Translations under genes and position numbers: made by a program
Source: an uncultured virus (IMG/VR IMGVR_UViG_2645727837_000002)
Lineage: Duplodnaviria > Heunggongvirae > Uroviricota > Caudoviricetes
DNA length: 64,000 bases
Direction: 5' to 3' (one strand)
IMG/VR virus record: IMGVR_UViG_2645727837_000002
Location: 1 to 64,000 of that record
Shown: positions 55,172 through 64,000 of the stretch, piece by piece
Layout of the letters: each line of letters begins with the position of its first letter
Position numbering within the stretch: position 1 is the first letter of the stretch
The notes under the pieces: model-generated
What the model was told of the DNA's origin: nothing
Seen by the model: only the letters and a program-made list of their open reading frames with translations
The model's database searches: none

Positions 55172-55204
55172 AATCCCCGCGACTCATAATCGTGGGGATT
55201 TTTT
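55172..55204 (+). terminator. Intrinsic terminator after the tail tube gene
   Basis: AATCCCCGCGA-loop-TCGTGGGGATT followed by a T tract. Confidence 0.75.
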
Positions 55205-55220
55205 ATTCGGAAACCAAAAC

Positions 55221-55622
55221 ATGTCGACCACCACCACGCGACAATCCCCGTCCGCAAAAATCGAAATTACCCTGGCCGGCGAGAAGAAGAGCTTGTTCAT
55301 GTCTTTTGGCTTACTCAACGAACTGTGCCGTGGCATTGGCGATGCCCAAGGCGCGTTGCAAGTCACCGCCAACTCTCAACTTCGCGATTTCGTCCTGATG
55401 GTTGTGCTGTCCGATCGAGACGAAGAAGGCAATGTCGTCAAGCCGATCAACGTCAATCGAATCGAAATGTCGATCGATGACGGTGAACGCCTGCTCGACT
55501 GGGTATCGCAGCACGCGACTGATTTTTTCGTCCGGACGATGGAGAGAATCGTCACGGGGCACAAGGACAAGGAAAGCCGGTTGAAGGCTCTGAAAGAGCT
55601 GGCCGAAAACCCGGCAAGCTAA
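55221..55622 (+). CDS. Tail assembly chaperone (gpG-like)
   Basis: Between the tube and tape measure genes; slippery heptamer near the 3' end. Confidence 0.7.
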   Translation: MSTTTTRQSPSAKIEITLAGEKKSLFMSFGLLNELCRGIGDAQGALQVTANSQLRDFVLMVVLSDRDEEGNVVKPINVNRIEMSIDDGERLLDWVSQHATDFFVRTMERIVTGHKDKESRLKALKELAENPAS

Positions 55623-55933
55623 CCGCATACACGGACTGGTTCCGCGATCTCACATTCAGCGAGGCAGTGTGCTGGGCATTCGAAACGGTGCCTTCTGCAC
55701 TGCATATTATTTTCTGGAAGTACAGTCGCGAGGACATTAAAATCCGCACACGGTTGAAGCTCGGCGAATGCCAGGCAAACCACGTGCAACAGTTCCAGAC
55801 GTTGGCGATCCTTCTCTCCGAAGTCCTCGGCACAGGGACTGATTCGAGCACATCCGAACCCTCCCAAGAAAACGTGCCAAAAGACTTCGCGGACGCCCAA
55901 CGCCGGTTGGCAGCAGTCTTCGGGAAACGATAA
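55607..55933 (+). CDS. Tail assembly chaperone frameshift extension (gpT-like, -1 frame)
   Basis: The -1 frame is open across the gpG stop to 55933; A AAC CCG at 55607-55613. Confidence 0.6.
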   Translation, partial: KPGKLTAYTDWFRDLTFSEAVCWAFETVPSALHIIFWKYSREDIKIRTRLKLGECQANHVQQFQTLAILLSEVLGTGTDSSTSEPSQENVPKDFADAQRRLAAVFGKR

Positions 55934-58900
55934 ATGGCGGGCGAGAATCAAGTACAACAGGGGCAACTGGACCTATCCCTTGGTCCGAAGATCTTTCAGG
56001 ACGCGCAGTCCCTCTCGACCCTCCTCACTGAGATCTTCAAGCGCCTGAACGACATCAGCGGGATCGCGAAGCAAATCTCGATCCCCGGTGTCTCTTCCAC
56101 CGATCCGAGTCAGTCCAACATCCTGGCCGCGATCGGTGGTCTTCAGCGCGACATGCGAACCATGCTCGCGACCGTGCGATCGGGCGGGCCGCAGGCGCAG
56201 ATCAACCAAGCTCTCGTGCAAGGCACGCGCTCGCAAGCGCTTTTCGGCTCCGACAATCGCGCGCAGCTCGAACAGCTGACCGCGCTCAATGCCGCCGCCG
56301 AGCGCCGCGTGCTCCTTGAGCGACAACTTCAGGTCGCCCAGGAGGCGAACCGTGAATACTCGACGTCGCAGATGAGTGCCGCGACGCGGATCTACGAGAT
56401 CACCGCGCGGATCACCGACGCCCAGCAGCGCTACAAGCAAGCGATCATCGACAGCGACACCGCGACGCAGGCCGCGGCCAAGCGCGACATACGCGACGGC
56501 CAACAGCGTCTCGACCAGCTGAAGCAGGAAATCGATCTGCGCGAGCGCGGGGCGCGCGTGCGCCTCGGCCGCGCCCTCGACAGCGGCCAGAACGTTGATG
56601 TCGCGCAGGCCCAACTCGCGATCGTGAACGCTGACAAGGCGGATCTCTCGACGTCGCTGCGCACTACGGTCGGTGCTCAGCAACGCGCCGAACGCGAAGC
56701 GGCGAAAGCCCTTAGCAACGAGCGCAAGCAACTCGAAAAGGACTGGACCGCAGCGCTCACTGAGGAGCGTAGCCGGCAAGCCGCGATCGAGAAGGCATGG
56801 AATCAAGCCATTGTCGAAGACCGTCAGCGCACACAACGCGCCGACGCCACTTTCGAACGACAACTGCGCGCGGCGCAGGTTGAAGACCACAAGCGAGCGC
56901 GCGACGCCGAGGCATCGTTCGACAAGACGTGGAATTCAGCTCATCTCGAAAACCTCAAGCGCGACAAGGCCACCGAGCGGAAATTCCTGGCTGACTGGGA
57001 TGCCGCAATCCTTGAGGACCACCGACGCTCAAAGGCTGCGCAGAAGAAGCTCGAAGATGATTGGGACAGCGCCATTCGAGAGAATCGTCGCCGACAGCAG
57101 CAGGCAGACGAGGCAGCAGCTCGCGCCGCTGCTCAGTTCGGTCCCGATCGCGCGACGCTTATGCGGCTGCGTGATGCGCAAGCCGAGAGCAACCGTCGCA
57201 ACAGTACCGATTTTCAGGATCAACAGGACGCCGCTACGCGCGCTCGTCGCTATCGGCAGACATTTGGCGACGGTGGGGCGTCAATCGCGCTGACGCAGAC
57301 CGCCCTCCTCGCCAATTACAGCGTGACCCGTGGGGTGCAGACCGCGTTCACGTCGGCGTTGCAGAACACGATCCAGTACGAAGAAGCACTGGCTCACCTC
57401 AAGACGATCACGTCCGCGACCGATCTTCAGCTCGCCTCGCTCGCTTCGACCATCGAGACTGTCTCCAATGCGACACGCTACAGCGCCACGGATCTGACCA
57501 AGGCAGCTGCCGCCCTGTCGGAGACGGGCGTAACTACCAACCAGCTCGGTGTAGCTCTGCGCGGCGTGGCTGATCTTGCCACCGCCACGGGCGAAGACTT
57601 CAACAAGACGGTCGACACCGTCACCGGCTCGCTCGGCGCATTCAAGATGTCCGCGAGCGACACGGTTCAGGTAACGAACATGATCGCCCAGGCGGTCAAC
57701 TCGTCGCGCCTGACGATGAATAAACTGAAGACGTCGATCGAAACCGCTGGTGAGACTGCGAGTGAGGCAGGTGTCTCGTTCAAGGAAATGCTGTCAGCGA
57801 CAGTGGCCATCACGAACACCGGTACGGCCTCCGGTGCGACGCTCGGCGGTGGACTGCGTCAACTACTGATCGACCTCGAAAAGCCGAGCCAGAAGTTCAA
57901 GGCGACGCTGGATCAACTGGGTCTCACGCAGGAAGACATCAACGTCAAGTCGCAAGGTCTGTACGGTGCGCTGAAGAACCTGAAGGATGCCGGCTTTACT
58001 GCCGCCGATGCCATGCAGGCGTTCGAGGCGCGCAGCGCGTCGGCCTTCACGGCGCTCTCGGGCAACTTGTCCGAGATGAACGAATTTTCGTCGACGCTCA
58101 ACCACACGGATGCCGCAGTGCGCGCCAACGCCGAGCAGATGGAAACGCTCGGCGCGCAGTATGATCGCTTCAAGAACCAGACGTCGCTGCTGGTCGGTGA
58201 AGGCTTCACGCCGCTGCTCGACGGCCTGAAGCACCTGCTCGACCTTACGTCGAGTGCCGAGACCACGCTGAAGAACTACGCAGGTGTCACGGAGACGGTT
58301 GGCACGTTGATCGGCACCGGCGCACTCGCGGTCGGCCTGAAGTACGTCGGGGGGCTGCTCGGCGGCATCGCGGGCATGACGTTTGGCGGCTTCGAAGCCG
58401 CAGCTGGTCTCGCCGCAATGGGGGGGCAAGTCGGCCTTGTCCTCGGGGCCATCGCAGGTCTGACGGCTGGCGTCGTCTATCTCGTCAACAAGCTGAACGA
58501 CTCGAAGCAGGCCTTCGAGGACCAGCGCACGGCTGTCAACGCCGCGAAGGATGCAGTGACCTCGTCCAAGCAGTCGTACGACAGCATCGGCCGGCAGATC
58601 GACACCCTGCGCTACAAGATGGCCGCGCTCAACGAGCACCCGGAACAACTCAAGCGCGAGATCGACGACGTTAGCGTGCAGTTCGAGAAGTACGGCGTAA
58701 CGCTCGACAAGAGCGCGATCAGCAAGACCGAAGACCTGATTGATAGGCTGCAACGCCTGCAAGTCGAGCTGGGTAAGCGCTACGAGATGAACACGAGCGT
58801 GCTCGGCGCACAGCTCGACGTCATGGTTGAGCGCGCGAAAGAAGCCGCTGGCCAAGCTGCCGGTGATTTCCAAAAAGGGGCATTCTCCGGGCCGCGCGAC

Positions 58901-61792
58901 AAGCTTGAGCGCGCGCCGGGAATGAGCACCCCCGGCGTCGGCGTCATGGACGAGTCCGCATTGTCCGGGTATGAGCCGAGCCGCTTCAGTGCCCTGCCGG
59001 GAGGAAGGCGGTCGGCCGGATATCTGCCGATCGACGAGGGGGTGAACAAGGACACAATCCCGGCAATCATCCAGTACCTGAAGGATGCCGGCGCGGACGT
59101 GTCTGGCAAGGTCCAGGCGGGCTTGGTGGACGCTGCCGGTATCAACGGCCAGCCGCGCGACCTGGACGCCCAATCGGCCTTCGCAACAGCCGTGAACGCA
59201 GCAATCGCGAAGGCAATTCAGGCGCGGACCACGCCGGGGATCTCGGACGCCGAAAAGGCAAACACATACGCCGAAGAACAGGCACTGTCCAATCTCCTGA
59301 CGAATCTCCAGAAGGTTACGAACGGGCTGCAAACGGCACAGGGTTATCAGCACGATCTGGACCGCACGAACACATCGCTCGCGAACCAGCGTTACGCCAA
59401 CTCCAACCCGGCCGCGCAGGAGATCGTCAACGCGGTCACCGCAGCGGTAACGCGTACGAGGGGCGCCCTCGGCTCCCCGGAATCGCGCCTGGACGCGCTC
59501 TGGACTGCCCTGAAGACGCAGGAGAGCGGCAACCGGCAGTTCGACGCCAACGGGCGTCCGATCACATCGAGCAAGGGTGCAATCGGCATCGCGCAGGTGA
59601 TGCCCGACACTGCGCCAGAAGCTGCACAGTTGGCCGGCCTGCCGTGGGACGACAAGCGCTACCGGAACGACGCCGCGTACAACGAGGCGATCGGCCGCGC
59701 GTACCTCAACGCGCAGCTGAAGAAGTACGGCAACAACTCGACGCTCGCGCTCGCGGCCTACAACGGCGGTCCCGGCTACGTCGACAAGCTGCTGGCCACT
59801 ACGAGCGCGGATGGTCGCTCGATGGACTTCCGCAATCCGACCGGCGTCACTGAGACCGAGTTCGTCAACTCGCTCAAGCCTGAGACGCGCAACTACGTGC
59901 AGCGCATCGGCAGCGGCGCTGGCGCATTCGGCCGCTACCAAAGCCTCCTGAACAACCCGGATCTGGCAAACCAAGGCGCGGCCAACAGCCAGCTCATGCG
60001 TCAGCTTCAGACCCAGCTGGACGCGTCCGACGACGAAATCCAGAAGACGTTCCTGCGCGCTCAGATCGACCGGCTGAAGGTTGCGCAGAACGACATTCAA
60101 CGCAAGATCGAAAACGCGCGCGTCGAGGCTGCGCCGTCGCTGAAGGCGACAAACTCGGCCGCGCAACGCGCTCTTCAAGCACAGCTGGCCGAAGTCGACA
60201 CCCAGGCTGGTATCACCCGTGACCCGGAGAAGGCACGGCAGCTCGGCGACGTCGCCGTCGAACTGATCAAGAACCAGTACAACCGTGCGATCGACACGCT
60301 GAAGCGGACGAGCCCGACACTTCAGGTCGGCGACCATCGCGACTACGCAGACGACGTGAAGCAGCAGCTTCAGTCGTTGCAGGCCGAGATGGACGCGAAG
60401 GTTCGTTCGCAAATCGATAAGAACGCCGAGCGTGTGCGCAAGCTCAACGAGCAGATCAAGGCCGCGCAGTTCAAGGAGGACGAAGATCGGGCGCGAATGG
60501 CGTTCAACGCGTTCATGACCACGATCAAGGGCGACGAGAAGACACGGGCAAGCAATCAAGCGATCGAGCTGAAACGCAACTCTTACCCCGTGATTGCCGA
60601 TCAGGCAGCGTCGGCATACATGAGTGATCCACGCTACTCGGCCCAGTTCAGCCAGGTTCAACGTCAGTCGCTTAGCCTCAAGGCGGCGGCCGATCAGGAC
60701 GTCGTGGACGCGCGCAACCTCGTCACGTATCAGGCGAACATCGCCCAACTGCGCGGCGAGATTGAGCAATTGCGGAAACAGGTCAACGCCCGTACGGCGA
60801 TGCTTGGTGAGGAAGGTGACGGCGCTGGCGCACCCGCGACCGGCCTGTACGCGCAGCTCGCTGCTGCGAAGGCTGATCCTGCGAAACGGGAGGAACAGGC
60901 ACGCCTTGAAGCCACGATCGTGCGCCTCACCACGGAACGCACTACGCAGCAGGGCGAACTTAACGCGCTACAAGATAAGTCGAACGCATTGGTTGAGAGT
61001 CAGGAGCGTCTTCAAGAGAAGCTTGCAGCGAAGACTACCACTGGTTCCTTCTCGCTGATGCAGGGTATCAACGAGGCGAACAAGAACTTCCTCGACACGC
61101 ACAACGCGACCTCGATGGCGATCGACGGGTACGCCAACATGCTGAACGGGACCGACAACGCGTTGATCCAGTTCTTCGACGACCTGACCACCCATTCGAA
61201 GACCGCTGGTCAGGCAGTCAGGGACTTCGGCGTGTCGTTCCTGAAGATGGTCTTGCAGATCCTCGAACAGCAGGCCGCGCTGATGCTTATAAAGGGCGTC
61301 CTCAGCATGTTCGGGACGGCGGCTTCTGCTTCCGCTGCACCCGTGGCCACGGGCGGCTTCGATATGCCCTCCACTGGCACCGCGCTCGCCGTCCAGGGTG
61401 GCTCCGTCAGCAACGGTCTCGTCACCCGCTCGGCGGGCGTGAAGCGCTTCGTGTTGGGCGGCAGCGTGACGGGCGGGATGCCCGGTCGTGACTCCGTACA
61501 TGCTCTTTTGAAAGACGGCGAGTATGTGCTAAACGATGGGGCCGTGTCGGCGGTCGGCACCGACTTCCTCGACAACCTCAACGCACACGGCAACCGCGTC
61601 ATCTCGAAGAGCACACCTGCACCGAAGCCTGAACGCGAGAAGCAGCCGCAGCACGTCAACGTGTGGGTCGTTGCCCCGGATCAAAAGCCGCAGATGGGTC
61701 CGAATGACGTCGTCGCCGCGATCAGCAACGACATCGTCACGGGCGGCTCTACGAAGAAGCTGATCAAGCAAGTTGCACTGGGTCAAATGTAA
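55934..61792 (+). CDS. Tape measure protein with an internal lytic transglycosylase domain
   Basis: 1952 aa, Ala/Gln-rich and helical; QESG..GAIGIAQVMP..ALAAYNGG..ETRNYV. Confidence 0.92.
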   Translation: MAGENQVQQGQLDLSLGPKIFQDAQSLSTLLTEIFKRLNDISGIAKQISIPGVSSTDPSQSNILAAIGGLQRDMRTMLATVRSGGPQAQINQALVQGTRSQALFGSDNRAQLEQLTALNAAAERRVLLERQLQVAQEANREYSTSQMSAATRIYEITARITDAQQRYKQAIIDSDTATQAAAKRDIRDGQQRLDQLKQEIDLRERGARVRLGRALDSGQNVDVAQAQLAIVNADKADLSTSLRTTVGAQQRAEREAAKALSNERKQLEKDWTAALTEERSRQAAIEKAWNQAIVEDRQRTQRADATFERQLRAAQVEDHKRARDAEASFDKTWNSAHLENLKRDKATERKFLADWDAAILEDHRRSKAAQKKLEDDWDSAIRENRRRQQQADEAAARAAAQFGPDRATLMRLRDAQAESNRRNSTDFQDQQDAATRARRYRQTFGDGGASIALTQTALLANYSVTRGVQTAFTSALQNTIQYEEALAHLKTITSATDLQLASLASTIETVSNATRYSATDLTKAAAALSETGVTTNQLGVALRGVADLATATGEDFNKTVDTVTGSLGAFKMSASDTVQVTNMIAQAVNSSRLTMNKLKTSIETAGETASEAGVSFKEMLSATVAITNTGTASGATLGGGLRQLLIDLEKPSQKFKATLDQLGLTQEDINVKSQGLYGALKNLKDAGFTAADAMQAFEARSASAFTALSGNLSEMNEFSSTLNHTDAAVRANAEQMETLGAQYDRFKNQTSLLVGEGFTPLLDGLKHLLDLTSSAETTLKNYAGVTETVGTLIGTGALAVGLKYVGGLLGGIAGMTFGGFEAAAGLAAMGGQVGLVLGAIAGLTAGVVYLVNKLNDSKQAFEDQRTAVNAAKDAVTSSKQSYDSIGRQIDTLRYKMAALNEHPEQLKREIDDVSVQFEKYGVTLDKSAISKTEDLIDRLQRLQVELGKRYEMNTSVLGAQLDVMVERAKEAAGQAAGDFQKGAFSGPRDKLERAPGMSTPGVGVMDESALSGYEPSRFSALPGGRRSAGYLPIDEGVNKDTIPAIIQYLKDAGADVSGKVQAGLVDAAGINGQPRDLDAQSAFATAVNAAIAKAIQARTTPGISDAEKANTYAEEQALSNLLTNLQKVTNGLQTAQGYQHDLDRTNTSLANQRYANSNPAAQEIVNAVTAAVTRTRGALGSPESRLDALWTALKTQESGNRQFDANGRPITSSKGAIGIAQVMPDTAPEAAQLAGLPWDDKRYRNDAAYNEAIGRAYLNAQLKKYGNNSTLALAAYNGGPGYVDKLLATTSADGRSMDFRNPTGVTETEFVNSLKPETRNYVQRIGSGAGAFGRYQSLLNNPDLANQGAANSQLMRQLQTQLDASDDEIQKTFLRAQIDRLKVAQNDIQRKIENARVEAAPSLKATNSAAQRALQAQLAEVDTQAGITRDPEKARQLGDVAVELIKNQYNRAIDTLKRTSPTLQVGDHRDYADDVKQQLQSLQAEMDAKVRSQIDKNAERVRKLNEQIKAAQFKEDEDRARMAFNAFMTTIKGDEKTRASNQAIELKRNSYPVIADQAASAYMSDPRYSAQFSQVQRQSLSLKAAADQDVVDARNLVTYQANIAQLRGEIEQLRKQVNARTAMLGEEGDGAGAPATGLYAQLAAAKADPAKREEQARLEATIVRLTTERTTQQGELNALQDKSNALVESQERLQEKLAAKTTTGSFSLMQGINEANKNFLDTHNATSMAIDGYANMLNGTDNALIQFFDDLTTHSKTAGQAVRDFGVSFLKMVLQILEQQAALMLIKGVLSMFGTAASASAAPVATGGFDMPSTGTALAVQGGSVSNGLVTRSAGVKRFVLGGSVTGGMPGRDSVHALLKDGEYVLNDGAVSAVGTDFLDNLNAHGNRVISKSTPAPKPEREKQPQHVNVWVVAPDQKPQMGPNDVVAAISNDIVTGGSTKKLIKQVALGQM

Positions 61793-62185
61793 ATGGCAAC
61801 GTCACTCACTTTCGATTTTCCGAATCATCTGGTCGAAGAGAAGTACCCCGAGTCTGGAACGCGAATCCAGCTCGGGAACTCGTATGTATTCTCGACGCCG
61901 CCGACCGCTCCGGAACAACGCATCTTCATTCTCTCGTTCGAGACGATGTGGCGCGGGATCAACGCGGACGGCTCCGTGGACATCACCACGAATCCGCTCA
62001 ACAACATGGGTCTTCTCAAAGCCTTCTACGAAACGTACAGGCTCTACAAGACCTTCCAGTACAAGCACCCCTGGTTGGGGACCTTGAACGTCCGCTTCAA
62101 CAAGCCTCTCGAAATGCCGAAGGGTAAAAAAGGAGCCGACGGGTGGTCTGAGGCCTTCAGCGTCGAGTTCGTGGAGATGCCGTGA
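61793..62185 (+). CDS. Distal tail protein (gpM-like)
   Basis: Position directly after the tape measure gene. Confidence 0.65.
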   Translation: MATSLTFDFPNHLVEEKYPESGTRIQLGNSYVFSTPPTAPEQRIFILSFETMWRGINADGSVDITTNPLNNMGLLKAFYETYRLYKTFQYKHPWLGTLNVRFNKPLEMPKGKKGADGWSEAFSVEFVEMP

Positions 62186-62676
62186 GATCCGATCTTCCTG
62201 ATACCCATGTTTCCCAGTCCTTCGAGCTGTCAGCCGACGCACTGGTCGACCTATTCAAGATGGAACTCAACAGTATCTCCGGTGGCACGGTCCTTTGCAT
62301 GACAGCCAAGACTCAAGTCACGTGGCAAGGGATGGTGTTCGAGTCCATCCCTATCACCCTCGCCGGCGAGGGTGTTCGCACGGATGGTCAGTGGAATCGA
62401 CCGAAGCTCACGATCGCCAACCCGGACGGGCTCTTCTCTGCGTTTATCGCGCAGGGAAAGACCGACAGTGCAACGATCACACGCTACCGGTGTCATCTTG
62501 AGGATGTGAGAAACAATGTCGGCCGCTACCAGATCAACATCTGGCGCGTGTCGAAGACCCTGAGCATGAGCAATTCGATGGCTACCTTCGAACTGCGTAC
62601 CCCACTTGACGGGCAGATGTTCTACCTGCCGGCACGTGCCTTTTACCCACCGGAGTTCCCCCATGTCTCTCTATGA
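62182..62676 (+). CDS. Minor tail protein (gpL-like, short)
   Basis: VTWQG..PI..G..RPKLTIAN..TFELRTPLD..LPAR. Confidence 0.75.
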   Translation: MRSDLPDTHVSQSFELSADALVDLFKMELNSISGGTVLCMTAKTQVTWQGMVFESIPITLAGEGVRTDGQWNRPKLTIANPDGLFSAFIAQGKTDSATITRYRCHLEDVRNNVGRYQINIWRVSKTLSMSNSMATFELRTPLDGQMFYLPARAFYPPEFPHVSL

Positions 62677-63205
62677 AAAATACATCGAAGGGTTCGAGGG
62701 AATCCCGTACGTCGAAGGCCGCGACGATTGCTACGGCCTCGTGCGCAAATGGTTGGACAAGACCTATGGAATGAAGTTGACGAACTACGCTCGACCGTGC
62801 GCGTGGGAAAACGACGGCTTCAATCTGCTCGGCGACTACTTTAACCGTGAGGGCTTTGTCCTCATCAATACGCCACTGAATCGCTTGCAGATCGGCGACC
62901 TGTTGATGATGCACGTCGCCAGTAGGTCCGGCATCGCGAACCACATCGGCGTCTACGTCGGCAATCAGTACGTGTTGCATCACCTGTATGGCCAAGTCTC
63001 GAAAGCCGACCCACTGAACGACCGGTGGAAGAACCGCGTGCTCGATGTCATCCGGCATCCGGACATCGCAGCGAAGAATCAGGAACAAGCAGAGTCGGTC
63101 GATTTCATGACCCTCCTGCCACCACACTTGAGAGAGAAGTATGAACGACGACTTGTTGAAACTCTGGACTCCCCTGACCGAACGGTGCGGCTTCCTCCTA
63201 AATGA
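62663..63205 (+). CDS. NlpC/P60 tail peptidase (gpK C-terminal-like)
   Basis: GIPY..DCYGLVR..GDLL..NHIGVY..VLHH. Confidence 0.85.
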   Translation: MSLYEKYIEGFEGIPYVEGRDDCYGLVRKWLDKTYGMKLTNYARPCAWENDGFNLLGDYFNREGFVLINTPLNRLQIGDLLMMHVASRSGIANHIGVYVGNQYVLHHLYGQVSKADPLNDRWKNRVLDVIRHPDIAAKNQEQAESVDFMTLLPPHLREKYERRLVETLDSPDRTVRLPPK

Positions 63206-63509
63206 CGGATCGATCGTCGAGTGCCAAAACGTCCATGAGCAACCCGAAATAGGCTTTGAAATTACCCCCGCGTCTATCCGACAATACGAGGATCAGATTG
63301 CAGCCACATGGCACACGCATCCACGCACGGGGCCGAACCTATCTGCTCAGGACTACCGTGCATTTCAGGCGTGGCCAAGGTGGTTCCACTACATCATTGG
63401 CGAGCACGATGTCTGGTGCTACTACGTCAGAAACAACGCGGTAATTTTGCTCGATGAAGACGATCTTTCTGCATGGCTCCCTGAAGGAGCGGCACCCGGA
63501 GCCGATTAA
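63141..63509 (+). CDS. JAB/MPN-domain protein (gpK N-terminal-like)
   Basis: ERCG..WHTHP..LSAQD. Confidence 0.85.
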   Translation: MNDDLLKLWTPLTERCGFLLNDGSIVECQNVHEQPEIGFEITPASIRQYEDQIAATWHTHPRTGPNLSAQDYRAFQAWPRWFHYIIGEHDVWCYYVRNNAVILLDEDDLSAWLPEGAAPGAD

Positions 63510-64000
63510 AGTCCACGCCACCACGGCTGCTGAAGCGCTGACGGTGCTGAAGCAGCTTCCCGGCTTTGACGCCGAGAACCCCGTCGACGTGCGCGTCGAC
63601 GGCTTCGATTGCCGCGATGCACTGTTCGTGCAGACCGACAAGACCGAGTTGCACGTCTACCCCGCCCTGCGCGGCGCGGGCGGCAACGGCAGCTTCCTAC
63701 AGATCCTGATCGGGGCCGTGATGGTCGTGGTCGGCGCGATCCTCTGGTGGACCGGCCCGGTGGGCGGCACGATGGCTCAGGTCGGCATCGGCATGATGAT
63801 GGGGGGCGCGATGATGATGCTCGGCGGCATCATCTCAATGCTCGCTCCCCAACCAAAGCTGGGGGCGAGTTCAGCGACGAACTCCAGCTTGATCATTCCT
63901 TCCAGTCAGAACACCGTGAAAATCGGCACTCGACTTCCGCTCCTGTTCGGTCGGGTGAAGCACTTCGGTCATTACCTGTCGTTCAACGTCGACGCGAAGC
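63454..64000 (+). CDS. Tail assembly protein (gpI-like), truncated by the window end
   Basis: MKTIFLHGSL..TAAEAL..P.L.GAGG, Gly-rich hydrophobic segment; frame open to the end. Confidence 0.8.
   Translation, partial: MKTIFLHGSLKERHPEPIKVHATTAAEALTVLKQLPGFDAENPVDVRVDGFDCRDALFVQTDKTELHVYPALRGAGGNGSFLQILIGAVMVVVGAILWWTGPVGGTMAQVGIGMMMGGAMMMLGGIISMLAPQPKLGASSATNSSLIIPSSQNTVKIGTRLPLLFGRVKHFGHYLSFNVDAK

Larger units (their letters stand above)
1..64000. mobile_element. Large temperate siphovirus-like prophage, partial (both boundaries outside the window)
   Basis: Integrase at the left end, then phage replication, early, terminase/portal/capsid, tail tube, tape measure and lambda-like tail-tip genes; no host housekeeping genes. 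Confidence 0.95.

Noticed and set aside
6969..63127. GTGGTGG as a Chi-like recombination site
   Set aside because: Copies cluster at start codons and follow gene direction rather than being dispersed, which fits an mRNA-level role better.

Overview
The window is one large temperate siphovirus-type prophage. It is GC-rich, and a Burkholderiales-like host is inferred, not shown. It starts at the integrase and is cut off inside the tail-tip module; no att site or lysis genes are visible. Gene order: P4-type tyrosine integrase (1-1275); a five-gene T6SS effector cargo (PAAR, DUF4123 chaperone, co-chaperone, Tox-REase-5 toxin, Imm52 immunity); a leftward nucleotide-metabolism, replication and recombination module (ThyX, MazG-like, SbcC/SbcD-like, DEDDh exonuclease, RecU-like, ATP-dependent ligase, Pol A, 5'-3' exonuclease, SSB, SF2 helicase, KTSC, Topo VI-A-like); about 35 small leftward early genes; a palindrome-rich control region near 38.4-38.9 kb; an HNH-AP2 gene; a primase-helicase; and a rightward head and tail module. 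The main finding is a roughly 165-nt candidate sRNA at 41403-41568, with its own sigma70 promoter and intrinsic terminator. Its hairpin loops and unpaired tract are complementary to short motifs at the translation starts of more than 25 phage genes (ACCACCAC, GATCAAAACATG, AACAGCTAACATT, CCCTGAAGA), which suggests a genome-wide RNA-based regulon in a prophage with no obvious CI repressor. A dispersed 13-bp palindrome (GTTCA-RNY-TGAAC) in the early region is a second unexplained regulatory layer. All motif lists were found by eye.
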